From Octopus vulgaris (lineage: Eukaryota): a stretch of DNA of 64,000 nt. The stretch is taken from NCBI GenBank assembly GCA_951406725.2, contig OX597819.1:24738001-24802000 (forward strand), written 5' to 3'. The number at the start of each line of letters is the position of its first letter. The stretch's first letter is position 1. The notes below the pieces were generated by a model. It was not told the origin of the DNA and did no database searches. It saw nothing but the letters and a program-made list of their open reading frames with translations. A program made the position numbers and the translations under genes. Of the stretch, positions 14,316 to 27,811 are shown one piece after another.

Positions 14316-14511
14316 TGTGTGCGTGCGTCCGTGTATGTATGTATGTATGTATGTATGTATGTATGTATGTATGTATGTATGTTGGATAGATCTTCGTATA
14401 TAGATAATTTTACTCCTGCAAAATACTAACAAAGTCGACTCTGTTAATATTTGAAAATCAAGACACTGGACGACGAAGGACAAAGCTGTAGAACAGAGTA
14501 TTTTTCTTTAT
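14266..14511. repeat. Direct duplication, copy 1 (copy 2 at 16279-16578)
   Basis: (GT)n(GTAT)n followed by about 130 bp of non-repetitive sequence, identical to 16448-16578 except one visible substitution (gacactgg vs gacattgg). Confidence 0.9.
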
Positions 14512-14763
14512 TGTTGAGCGTTTGGTCCTTTTTCCTTTTTCTTTTTCTTTTTTTTTTTTGTCATGTGTTCTAAGGCTGTTGAACATCTTGCACAACTAGA
14601 AATCGAAGTTCATAGAGAAGAATGTCGGTGAGAAATAGTTTTTAATATGGGATCTCCAGAGTGAGATACAAAATGAATGAGGAGATGATTTGGAAGGGCT
14701 GAGTTGGATAGGCTTCAATGGAAGTTAGCATGCAATTACTTAGCTGTGATAAGCAGAGGCCAT

Positions 14764-14764
14764 T

Positions 14765-14828
<64 letters not shown>

Positions 14829-14928
14829 CAGTAGCAGCAGCAGCAGCAGTAGCAGCAGCAGCAGTGGTAGTAGTAGTAGTAGTAGTAGCAGCAGCAGCAG
14901 TAGTAGTGGTAGTAGTAGTAGTAGCAGT

Positions 14929-14993
<65 letters not shown>
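14764..14993. repeat. (TAG)n/(CAG)n compound trinucleotide microsatellite
   Basis: Direct reading. Confidence 0.97.
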
Positions 14994-15746
14994 AAGTGAC
15001 AGAATGACGTGATAGAATGAAGAGCATTTCTGTGAGCTTGCGTCCAGAATGTATGACTGATGGATTCTTCTTTCTAATGGATTAACTATTTTCCTTTTAG
15101 AACTGTCCGTTGATAGCTCACACTGTTGTTTATACTGAACTACATATTTCACAGTGAAGGAACGTGGTCGTGAGTTGTACTCCGAAGGCACATCGAATCC
15201 TTGAACATGACACTTTACTTCACGTTCTCCTTGTTCCCTCAGCTTGCAAAATTGTGTTGTACCTAGAGTTCAATGAGCCAGTTTTGTCACATTCAATGTG
15301 TCATGCTGAATCTCCCTGGGAACTACGATAGGGATACACGTGTCTGTGGGGTGCTCAGCCACTTGCTCATTAATTTCACAAGCAGGCTGTTCTTTTGATC
15401 AGATCAACTGGAAGCCTCGTTTACCAAATCCACTCACAAGGCTTTGGTCAGCCCGAGGCTTAATGAAGACACTTGCCCAAGGTGCCACGCAGTGGGACTG
15501 AACCCAGAACTATGTGGTTAGGAAGCAAGCTTCTTACCATGCAGCCACGCCTAATAAAGACGAATAAAAGGATATTAAATACATGATAAATGGTTGATTT
15601 ATGAGAAGTAACTTTGCTTCGATTACAACCGACGCCGAATATGAAGGGAAGATGATCTTAGAAATCAAAAATTCTCAAGAATCCATTTGTGTTGGTTGTC
15701 CTGATACATGCCACTGGATACTGAATTAATTCTCTTAACATATATA

Positions 15747-15788
<42 letters not shown>

Positions 15789-15899
15789 CGGGAAGCTTTA
15801 TGAAAATAGGTTTACGGAAATAAACAAAAGACGAAGGCAGGTGGAATACAAACAAACAATTGTATTAGTATGGCGCTCAGGAAATATAAATAAAACAAG

Positions 15900-15937
15900 T
15901 CTTTAACGTTTCGAGCCTACGCTCTTCAACAGAAAGA
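15900..15937 (-). ncRNA. Minimal type I hammerhead-like motif (core CUGUUGA)
   Basis: Minus strand reads tcttt-CTGTTGA-a-gagc(gtag)gctc-GAAA-CGTT-aaaga, with a 5-bp stem I. The host segment runs into (TA)n at about 15788. Confidence 0.65.
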
Positions 15938-16295
15938 TACACAGAGAAGAAACACAGAAAGAAGGAGAGAAAAAATGCGTGCAGAGGCTAGCGAATCAAC
16001 ATTATGCATATCAATATCAGACGTTATTAGGAAAATTTCGGGAGGATATTTTCCTAACAACCAGGTCCGAATGACGCACAATGTAATAGCACACCTTTGG
16101 TGCAAACCTGAGGAAGTGCCTCCCCAATGCCTACAAAACGCAAATATTACGTGATTTTTCTTTGAGAATTTTCGCGTAAATTGATGTTGCAAATGGAGAT
16201 GATACGGAAACATTTTTAATTTATAATTAAAGAAGTTTTTAAAGAATTTTCTTTGTCTTTTTCTTTTCATGTTATATATGTGAGTCTGTGTGTGT

Positions 16296-16394
<99 letters not shown>

Positions 16395-19300
16395 TGTATG
16401 TATGTATGTATGTATGTATGTATGTATGTATGTATGTATGTATGTATGTTGGATAGATCTTCGTATATAGATAATTTTACTCCTGCAAAATACTAACAAA
16501 GTCGACTCTGTTAATATTTGAAAATCAAGACATTGGACGACGAAGGACAAAGCTGTAGAACAGAGTATTTTTCTTTATCGTCTTTTCCATTTTTCCGTCC
16601 TGTTTTTCCTCCAAAATTGCAGCAAGTCAAACGTGGAAAATAGAGAGAAAAAAAAATCAGTATTTTAATCACAAAATAAAGATAGAAAAGTAATGATTCT
16701 GTTTCCGTTTATAAAAAGTAGGAGACGTATTGTCTCAACTTTGATTAACTCCTTCCCGAAGCTAGGGATGTTTGATGACAGCGCTAGAGCATTCTGAGTT
16801 TTTTACGATTGTTATTTCTTATTCTACATATTCTACAGCGATGAATGACTGAGCTCACGTCAATTGGATTTGAACATGAGTCATGAAAGTCCACACAGGA
16901 AGTATACAAACATAATTCAGATCACAATTATGTTTGTACTACGTTGACCACTTGAAATTCAATTAAGAATTATTCCAGCCTAATTCCAGTCGCATACATA
17001 AAAATTGACGGGAAATACGAAGGTGGACAGCTACTCTTCATTTAGTTACTATAACTACCAATTAAAGCCAGAACTTCCTCATATCAAAATAGTAATTTCT
17101 TAATTCGCCACGGGGTCTCCAGATTTCTGGATAAAGTGTTTCGTAGAATGGATCAACTGTGGTGCATGTCTGGTATTTATTTTACCGACCCCTAAAGAAT
17201 AAAAGACAAACTGGGAGAAGTAAGAAAGAAATGTAAAAAAAAAAGCGATAGATTTACTAACTTTGCGATGCCAATGCTCGCATTTCTAATTTTTTTTTTC
17301 CATCCTAGCAGAAGAATCTGTAGTTGGTTATATGCATATTGGTACAACCCAGATGATTTGATCGATGCGTCATTAGGCCTAGCGTCGTAAGCCTATCACC
17401 GTTAACCAAATCCTTAAGGCCCCGTTCCCCGCTGCGAGGAGCTCGATAATAGGAGACTGAACTTCAACTCACAATGCTAAGAGCCGAAACAGATACGGCG
17501 AGTCATCTTTACCAATACTCTAACCAATTAAGCTAATCGATTAGCCTTTACTTATCGACTCCTCGAAATGATGAATGACCAAAAGTTTACTTCTACGTAG
17601 TTTGAATCCAGTGTATCACAATGTTAGGGGATAAAGTAGATATCGACATAATTTGAACTCAGATCCTAGAGGAACGTTATTAAATTCCCAATGTAGTATG
17701 TCCAGTACCTAATCGATTCTTTATAAAAATTATAATGATTTCTGGTTTTGGTGCAAGACCGGAAATTTTGAATAGAGAAGATAGTCGGTACTATTGACCC
17801 CAATACATTAATTTGTCGACTCTAAAAATATAAAAGTCAATTTTGGCTTCGGAGTGATTTGAACTTAAAGCAGAAAGATCCAGAATAAACAACACTTGGC
17901 ATTTTGTCTGATTCTCTAACAATGCCGTCACCACGTCGCCCGTAATAATCCTTTCTACTATAGGTACAAGGCCTGAAATTTGGGGGGACGGGCATAGTCG
18001 ATCACATCGACCACAGTACTTAACTGGTACTTATTTTATCTGTACCGAAAAGATGAAGAGCAAAGTCGACTTCGGCGGAATTTGGGCTCAGAACGTAAAG
18101 ATGGACGAAATATTGCTAAATATTTTGTCCGCCATGCTAACGGTCCTGCCTGCTCGCAGCTTTACGCCGCACCGTAATAATTATACAGAATCTAAAGAAC
18201 CGAAATAAATATCGCATGGCATTGTGCCTGATGCTTTAACTATTGTGCCAACTCACCTATTAATTGTTTCTGGTATAGGCACAAGGCAAGCAATTTAAGG
18301 AGAAGGGAGTTAGTCGATACCATCGACTCCTGTACTTTGCTGGTATCTTAGTTTATCGACCCTCGGAGGGAAGAAAGATTTAGTTACTTTCAGCGGGATT
18401 TCAACTCAGAACGAGAAACTCATGAATAAATACCGCAAGGCATTTCGTCTGATTCCCCTTACGAATCAGCCAGTTTTCCGCCCCCGTAGTAATTACACCA
18501 ACAACAATAACACCAACAACAATAACACCAACAACTACATAATGAAAAACACAAAAATGATTAAAGCAGGGCTAAGGACATTTTCATCCTCACAGGATCG
18601 CATTTCATTAACTCAAAGACTGTTTTAGGCCGCATGCTGGAAATTTTACATTTACAACAGAATGTCGTATTTCTATTTATATATACAACTATTTTTAAAT
18701 AAAACGCCTATTAATATACGACATAAAATAAATATGAAATCCAGCAAAATGTACATTTATTTATTTAATATAGTTGACAATCTAAATAACATTAAGTGAA
18801 AATCTTAAACCATTAAAAAAAACATTTGTAATCGCTTTGTACAATATATTAGTAGACTGGAGACCACAGAATATTTTTTTTTAAATATTACTACACATGG
18901 CTTGGTCTTAAAGCTGTGGTTGATGACATTTCCATACAATATCGAATGTGACCTAAAGACCGCAAATTCCTTATTCTTCGATTAAAATATAGGGCAAGCT
19001 TTTTGAGAGTTTAGGAATATTTATTCGGCCAATATATACACTGAATCCCATCCATCATGAACTGATGATTAAGGTCAAGTAGCATTTGGAGACCAAATAT
19101 AACAATGCTATTGTCTGTAGACTACGATTTTCCCACCATACTGTTTGGCAATCTTAGTAATAATAATGTCAGATTGCTCGAAATGAAAGCATCATCGCTT
19201 TTTTTTTTTTATCAGATTGTCGCCACGATGAAAGAGAGCTGGAAGCTGGCCGTTGGAAAAGAAGAGAACAATAATTTCCGGTCTAAGAGAGTTAGCAGCT

Positions 19301-19516
19301 GAATATTAGGATGCTTTATCATTGGGAGTTGATAAATGTAACATAGTGGTTTCAACTTGATTTGAACTTGTCTGGAAGAAGACAATTTCAAGTGGCCCGG
19401 AAATGCAACCACTTACTATAGGTTTACTGTTTCTATAAGTACATGAATGTATGTCTTTGCGTGTGTGTGTGTGTGTGTGTGTGCGTGTGTGTGTGTGTGT
19501 GCATGTGTGTGCGTCT

Positions 19517-19608
19517 GGTGTAATGTGAGGGTCGGATTATGTGTGTGTGTGTGTGTGTATGGTGTAATGTGAGCAACGGATTATGTATGCGTGTGTATGT
19601 GTATGTGT

Positions 19609-19639
<31 letters not shown>

Positions 19640-19875
19640 GGTCTGTGTGTGTGTGCGTGTGGTGTAATGTGAGGGTCGGATTATGTGTGTGTGTGTGTAT
19701 GGTGTAATGTGAGCAACGGATTATGCATGCGTGTGTATGTGTATGTGTGTGTATGTGTGTGTGTGTGTGTGTGTGGGTCTGTGTGTGTGTGTGTGTGGTG
19801 TAATGTGAGGGTCGGATTATGTGTGTGTGTGTGTGTGTGTGTATGGTGTAATGTGAGCAACGGATTATGCATGCG
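19517..19875. repeat. Higher-order tandem repeat: three A-B dimers embedded in (GT)n
   Basis: ggtgtaatgtgagggtcggattatg alternates with ggtgtaatgtgagcaacggattatg three times. Confidence 0.9.
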
Positions 19876-19892
19876 TGTGTATGTGTGTGTGT

Positions 19893-19966
<74 letters not shown>

Positions 19967-20044
19967 TGTGAGCCTTGGATTGCGTGTGTTCGTATCTCAA
20001 GACTCTGCTGTTTGCAATACTATATATGTGGCGTAAGTGTGCAT

Positions 20045-20079
<35 letters not shown>

Positions 20080-20705
20080 TGTGTGGATCAGTATGCTTTG
20101 ATATTATGGTGTATGCTTCAGTGGATGTCGTCTATGTTGTGTGTCTGTGTGTGTGCTTCAGTGGATGTCTATGTTTGTCTGTGTGTGTGCTTCAGTGGAT
20201 GCGCATGTTGTGTATGTGTGTGCTTCAGTATTTGCAGTGTGTGAACCATTGTGTTTTAACGTGCATGTGATATGTGTCTATGCGTGTGAGTGTATGAGTG
20301 TATGAATCTATAGGCTTCAATTATGTCGGTTAATATATGTTGCAATATGCATGAGTTGTATGAATCAATGTATGTATGTGTTTGTAGGTATATTCTGTGT
20401 GCTTCAGTATGCGAATTGTGTTTGTTTCAAAACATGTACTGTGAGCATTAGTGCGTGTGTGTGTGTCTGTCTGTATGTGCATGTACGATTGAGTGTGTGT
20501 GTGTGTGTATGAGTGTGTTTGTGTGTGAGTGTGTATGTGTGTGAATGTGTGTGTGCGTGCGCGTCTAGACATGAATATATTGGTGTGTGTTGTGTAGTAT
20601 ACATATACTACACTTGAGAAGTTGTAGTTACAGAGAGGGTAACCTGCCAACTTCACGAACCAAGCCATGATTTCGTACCTCGTCTCAACCGCTGCACACC
20701 AAAAA

Positions 20706-21351
20706 TAAACATTTAGTATTTAAACTGACCACATCCGGCCCAAATATTCTACCTGTTTTATGTTCAAACTGATCAGACTCAGCCTCTTACACCTACCCTA
20801 GAATGGCCTTCTAAAAGTAAGTAAATAGGCGCAGGAGTGGCTGTGTGGTAAGTAGCTCGCTTATCTTATCAACCACATGGTTCCGGGTTCATTCCCACTG
20901 CGTGGCACCTTGGGCAAGTGACTTCTACTATAGCCTCGGGCCGACCAAAGTCTTGTGAGTGGATTTGGTAGACGGAAACTGGAAGAAGCCCGTCGTATAT
21001 ATGTATATATATGTGTGTGTGTACGTATATGTTTGTGTGTCTGTGTTTGTCCACCCACCATTGCTTGACAACCGATGGTGGCGTGTTTACGTCCCGTAAC
21101 TTAGCGGTTCAGCAAAAGAGACTGATAGAATAAGTACTAGGCTTACAAAGAATAAGTTCTGGGGTCGATTTACTCGACTAGAAGGCGGTGCTCCAGCATG
21201 GCCGTAGTCAAATGACTGAAACAAGTAAAAGAGTAAAAGAGTAAATTACATCAAGGAAATCTTGAAGCTATGAGATATCACATGATTAATGCAAAACAAT
21301 GTCAGTAACAAACATTACATTTGACTGAGTAATTTGAATACTCAAGGTTTA
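20706..21351. mobile_element. Degenerate TTAA-type (piggyBac-like) MITE interrupted by a SINE
   Basis: Ends taaacatttagtattt and aatactcaaggtttaa are imperfect inverted repeats. Confidence 0.4.
20828..21245 (+). mobile_element. SINE family A, full length
   Basis: Matches the other family A copies from head to tail. Confidence 0.9.
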
Positions 21352-21459
21352 AGTAAAATAATGAAACTCTGGTGGTTTCTAGTTACACAATGAAAGGGCT
21401 ATGTGCCGTAGATCTCAAACTGACAAATATCAACGATCATATATTTGTGTCTGTATATG

Positions 21460-21608
<149 letters not shown>

Positions 21609-21631
21609 TTTGCTATACAAATATGGTATGC

Positions 21632-21895
21632 TATGGCCCAGTAGTTAGGGCAGCGGACTCGCGGTCGAAGGATCGCGGTTTCGATTCCCAGACCGGGCGT
21701 TGTGAGTGTTTATTGAGCGAAAACACCTAAAAGCTCCACAAGGCTCCGGCAGGGTGTGGTGATCTCTGCTGTACTTTTTCACCACTCTTTCTTCTGTTGG
21801 CCAGCTCGCATAGCCAGCGGGGTGGCGTCATTCGAAGGCTAAAACAATGCGAATGCATTGTGACCAGCGATGTGTCTGGTCGGTCACGTGATCAC
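21632..21895 (+). mobile_element. SINE with family C head and a different 3' body
   Basis: Head matches 13074 up to ctgctgtactttttcaccac, then diverges. Confidence 0.7.
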
Positions 21896-22100
21896 GTGTT
21901 TTTTTTTTTTTTTTTTTACTTGTTTCAGTCATTTGACTGCGGCCATGCTGGAGCACCACCTTTAGTCGAGCAAATCGACCCCAGAATATGTAAATGTGTG
22001 TGTTTGTATATCTATCTATATGTATAGTTGTAATAGTGAAGTCAAACAAAATATTTATATTTTGAAATCATTTAATATGTATGTTTCGTTTTTGAAATGC

Positions 22101-22175
22101 TTTAACTGAGGAAGGTTTACGTAATGGATGCGTTTCCAGTTATATATTACGTAAATCTGAAACATACGTATTAAA
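22101..22175 (+). ncRNA. Type I hammerhead ribozyme, canonical core
   Basis: Stem I tttaa/ttaaa. CTGAGGA at 22106-22112. 13-bp stem II aggtttacgtaat/attacgtaaatct. GAAA at 22159-22162. Stem III C(atac)G. GUA triplet, predicted cut after 22170. Confidence 0.85.
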
Positions 22176-22267
22176 TGATTTGGAGTAGATTGTTATATTT
22201 GACTCCAGTCGAAAATTTTTTTTACCGGTGCACCGCTTCTTAGCCTAATGCGAAATATGTATATGTT

Positions 22268-22315
<48 letters not shown>

Positions 22316-22590
22316 AAGGTATTTAAAGGTATTTTTAGTTTTCTATTATAACATTTCCATGGTAGAGTCGTCAGTAGGCATTTTCACAACTTCGGTAAAT
22401 AGAATATTTTTGTTTGCCCGTAAACGCACTCACCCCGATCTTTTTACATATTCTGAGAGCTTTATAATTAACGCTTATTAGTCGGTATTTCTTTGCAGCA
22501 AAGTTTCACTGGAACCTGTCTTTCGCAGCACCGACTGAAGAAGGGATTAGTAGTAGAAACATCGAAATTACCAGGAAGAATTATCCTTAC

Positions 22591-22637
<47 letters not shown>

Positions 22638-23740
22638 TGTGTAATGGCTTATTCAAAAAGGTCATTTGACGTTAGTTGAGCTTCTTAATGTATGTCTTGT
22701 CTCATTTTCCCTCACATCTTACATCTTCTCACCTCGACCTTCTCCCTTTTTTTCCACTGCATTCATTAAACCCCCCTCGACTCCAGTCCCTCCGTTTACT
22801 TCGAAGTTCAGCCATTCAAGAATAGCGGGTGTACTACTCTGTTATTGATACTAGCAGTCGTCCGGACCACCCCGAGCAATTCAATTACTTACACCCGACA
22901 ACTGAACAAGATTGCTTTTAAATTTCGCCATTTATACGTCAATGAATAGGCTCATATTTTTCCGATAATGACATTTTTAAAAATATATAAAACGATATAA
23001 GTCAAAACATATCGATAACAAAATAAACATAATTCTTAAAATATGTAAAAATAATAAAAGTAATATTATATCAAAAGATAAAAAAAAAAGTAAATAAAGA
23101 TGCATTTCGCTTAAATACTAAAGGACATCTGAATAACTAAGTACACATTTTTATTATATGGACATATTCGACATTCATTCTTTCTGATTATACATTTTCT
23201 CATAGTCCCAATTCATTTCTCATTAATTTTAGAGCACCAACAAGATTTTCATTCAAATACCTGAAACGTAACATGGGCATGTATTAGCAGGTAGAAATTA
23301 TTTCGTTTCTTTTATTTTGAATTTGTGTACTGCGGCAAATGATATGGATCTGCTCCACATTCTTTGTAAGGCAAAAGTTGCAGGAGTTTGATTCATTTCC
23401 AATTCTTTCAGCCATGTCTACGTACGTAATGATAGATGACTCTACTCTCGCTTTCCCCTCTTACTTTACGCATGTGCAACGTTGACTAAGACGTTTTGCA
23501 AATGTGACACTAACTACATGCATTTTCAGCAAAAACTTTTTTTACGTTTTGGGTTCGAACAGCATATGTAGGTAGTTACAGAAGGTCTTCAAATTTACAG
23601 GAAACCGGAAATTAAATTGTGTAACACAAACTTTTCTTTAAACCTTTAGGAAATGATTTGCGATCATTGCAACCGGGAATTGAAACTAGACCGCTGTCGA
23701 CGCATCGTTAGAAACTTCACTCTGTTAAAGCCATATATAT

Positions 23741-23808
<68 letters not shown>

Positions 23809-23827
23809 GCACGAATACATACAAATC

Positions 23828-23843
23828 GACAGACAGACAGACT

Positions 23844-23892
<49 letters not shown>

Positions 23893-23893
23893 G

Positions 23894-23933
<40 letters not shown>

Positions 23934-24035
23934 GGTAGGTAGGTAGGTAGGTAGGTAGGTAGGTAGGTAGGTAGGTAGGTAGGTAGGTAGGTAGGTAGGT
24001 AGGTAGGTAGGTAGGTAGGTAGGTAGGTAGGTAGG

Positions 24036-24120
<85 letters not shown>

Positions 24121-24164
24121 GGATGGATAGATGGATAGATAGATAGATAGAAAGAAAGAAAGAT

Positions 24165-24215
<51 letters not shown>

Positions 24216-24321
24216 AGGAAGGAAGGAAGGAAGGAAGGAAGGAAGGAAGGAAGGATGGATGGATGGATGGATGGATGGATGGATGGATGGATGGATGGAT
24301 GGATGGATGGATGGATGGATG

Positions 24322-24387
<66 letters not shown>
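23828..24387. repeat. Compound tetranucleotide microsatellite (GACA, GATA, GGTA, GAAA, GGAA, GGAT blocks)
   Basis: Direct reading. Confidence 0.97.
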
Positions 24388-25600
24388 GTCATTAGTTCAT
24401 TTGTGCATATTTAATTGAACAAGTCATTAATTACCAAGACTACACGTACTATTAAAATGAACGTTGAACCCTTCATATTTTCTGACGATGCGTTTGATTT
24501 TTAGAGGAAAGAAGGAAATTACGCGGCCATTATTACAAAGTGGAGAATCATAAAAGAAATTATCAACTGAGATTTCGGTCACGCAATTCACCATCTTTAG
24601 AGTTTCCCACTTAAGATGGATTAAACTATGCGAGTATATAATCATACAAATGAACAACCTCATTAAAAACCTGATCTGCTTGACTTTTATCGCTTAATTA
24701 TATGAATAAGTGGTTGATTAACTTAAATATGGAAGAAACATGAAGAAAAGGAGAGATAGAGAGAGAGACTTAGAGTCTAACAGACTCTCACACACGCACG
24801 CACACACACACGCACGCACACACACACGCTCTCACATACATGCACACACGGGGTTTGGGTAATGGAGAGCCACTCTCCCACGCATCCATACTGGGTCACA
24901 TAAATAAATATACGTCTATACCTATACGCATATAATAACTAAAATACACATGCATATATTTAGATAGCTGTTGAGTAAACATCCGAATAGTTATACACAG
25001 TCGTTATACTCATGCGCATGCATGCATATAGAGAGAAGCAAGACGTTTATTTATATGATAATTTTTTTTTTTAATTGCTGTGAAATATACTTATAAAAAT
25101 TCTTCCTTTCTCTCAGACATTCACGCAGATGCACATACACATACACACGCACAAACTCATACAAATGCATACATGCACACCACATACACATATACACATG
25201 TACATACATATGCACACATACACGCATATATACAAAATATATACTTAAGTATAATTAATATCTAAGAAGGCTACCAGACATCCGAACATCTGGGGGAAGC
25301 CAAACATACAAACAAACATATATTCACATAACAAATTTGACATATAAACATCCTTATTTACATTCTAAAGAACCTATATGATGATTTTTCATTTCTGAGA
25401 CACAAGGCCATTTTGATAAGCGAGGAAGCTTATTTGAATGAATCGCCTCCAATATCCTATGTATTCCTAGCATCCTAAACTGCAAAGTTGTTTGATAGAA
25501 AATGAGCTTCCTTCATTGTTTTTGTTCTGTAAGGTGGCGACTATGGGAGAATAGTTACGGCGTCAGACAAGCTTCTCAACGGTATTTCTTTGCGTTCAGA

Positions 25601-26340
25601 AGGCGGCGAACTGGCAGAAACGTTAGCACGCCAGGCGAAATGCTTAGCGGTATTTCGTCCGTCGTTACGTTGTGAGTTCAAATTCCGCCAAGGTCGACTT
25701 TGCCTTTCATCCTTTCGGGGTCGATAAATTAAGTACCAGTTACGCGCTGGGGTCGATGTAATCGACTTAATACCTATGTCTGTCCTTGTTTGTCCCCTCT
25801 ATGTTTAGCCCCTTGTGGGTAATAAAGAAATATGTATTTCGTCTACCGCTACGTTCTGAGTTCAAATTCCGTCGAGGTCGACTTTGCCTTTCATTCTTTC
25901 GGGGTCGATTAGATAAGTACCAGTTACACACTGAGGTCAATGTAATCGGCTTAACCCGTTTGTCTGTCCTTCTTTGTCCTTTCTGTGTTTAGCCCCTTTT
26001 GGATCGTAAAGAAATAAATATTTCTTTGCGTTCAGACTTCCAGATTCCACCGAGGTCAACTTTGCCTTTCATCCTTTCGGGGTCGATTAAATAAGTACCA
26101 GTTACACACTGAGGTCAATATAATCGACTTAACCCGTTTGTCTGTCCTTCTTTGTCCTCTCTGTGTTTAGCCCCTTTTGGGTAGTAAAGAAATAAGTATT
26201 TCTTTGCTTCAGACTTCCAGATTCCACCGAGGTCAACTTTGCCTTTCATCCTTTCGGGGTCAAAAAATAAATCCCAGTTATGCCCTTGGATCGATGTAAT
26301 CGACTTACCACCCGCTTAAAATTGCTGGCCTTGTACGATA
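25601..26340 (+). mobile_element. Tandem array of SINE family B bodies (one full head plus three partial repeats)
   Basis: aggtc(g/a)actttgcctttcat recurs at about 25691, 25875, 26053 and 26230. Confidence 0.85.
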
Positions 26341-26989
26341 TTTAGAAGGAATTATTTTTGTGTTCCGTTCTCTTAGACACATCAATCTGTCTTTGGGTAG
26401 TTCCAGTAGCATAAGAGTTTGTATTTTTCTTAGTGAAAGGTTGCTCAGTCCTTGCTAAGCTCTTCCTTGTCTCTGGATGCAGTAAATGGCCCTTCTACGA
26501 ACCTTACCATGGCAAGAAGAAGAAGAAGAAGAAGAAGACTCGATCCCGGTCTTTGACTGCTCTGTACTTTATGTATCGATCATGGGAGGGTGGTTGTGGT
26601 AGCGCCTGTCAAGATTGTAACGAGACATTCTCTTCATAAGTTTCATCATTCAAAAAGTAAATGCTAAAACTTTTAACAGCCGTTTGTTTGATTGTTGCTG
26701 ACGCTTGTAATGGGGTGACATTTGTTTACTTCTTGTCGTTGGTGGTTCTTAGCTTCGCGCGTGTGTGTATTTACTATTCAATATCGGGATTTTGCAGTGA
26801 AGATGAATAATTATTCACAATTTCACTAAACATTACTTATAAGTAATGATTAGGGAAGTTGTGAATTTGACTAGATCTCTATACGCGCCTATATACAAAT
26901 GTTTTCCTTTTTGTTTGGTCAGAAAGGTATTGCGATGTATTGAGCGTAGTTTTTTTTCCCCCTATTCAAATACGTTGATATTGCAGGGA

Positions 26990-27420
26990 TGATTCATGGG
27001 GAGCTGTGTGGTATTTCTGTATTGAATAGAACAAAGACGTGGTATGGGGAAACCCCAAAAAGGAATAACTGAGAAAGACAAAGTAAAGATACTGTGGGAT
27101 GTAATGATTCTATGAGATCATGAAATTGAACATTGGAAGCCGGATATAGTGGTTGTGAAAAGAGAAGAAAATCTTGCATAATCATAGATATTGCATGCCA
27201 TAATGGTGACAAAGTATAGGAAAACGAAGAGACACGGGTGAGATATGATGATGTAAAGGGATAAATAAAATGAATGTGGTCATTGAAGAACCTGGAGAAC
27301 AATAAGTACCAAGCTCACAAGCTGGATTGAAAAGACAGTGTTGAATGTGATGAAAGAACGTCTACAAAAAACAGTTTGCTTGGAACTGCACGAATCATCA
27401 GCTATTTTCAGGATGTTGAC
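26990..27420 (+). mobile_element. Decayed R4/Dong-like non-LTR retrotransposon, RLE domain
   Basis: Translation with a frameshift and a stop: WYGETPK..EKDKVKILWDVMIL*DHEIEHWKPDIVVVKREE..CIIIDIAC. Confidence 0.8.
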
Positions 27421-27741
27421 AAAATGTGCAGTCACGCACGAAATGACAGCTTCCAAATCCTGTTTCCTGACTGGGTGAAAATGATCAAATTTTAAACCTC
27501 TATAAGATTTTTTTTAAAAATGTTTTCTGGTAAAAGTGAAATAAATCCAGCAATTCAGCTTGGAAAACTACATAATTCTACCAAATTTTTAAATTTTCAA
27601 TAAACTTTGATTTTTGAAATCTTGGCTGCTAAACAGAAAAAGATCCGGATTTGAGCTCACAACGTAAAGACTCAGAACAAATAGTTCAAGGTATATTTTT
27701 TCTGAGGGTATAACAATTCTGCCAATCCACCACTCAAAACA

Positions 27742-27806
<65 letters not shown>

Positions 27807-27811
27807 TTATA

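Noticed and set aside
14704-15191. Poly-Ser, poly-Leu and poly-Thr ORFs
   Set aside because: Trinucleotide microsatellite.
19517-19875. CRISPR-like repeat-spacer appearance, also at 29005-30240
   Set aside because: The spacers are microsatellite rather than unique sequence, the context is eukaryotic, and no cas genes are present.
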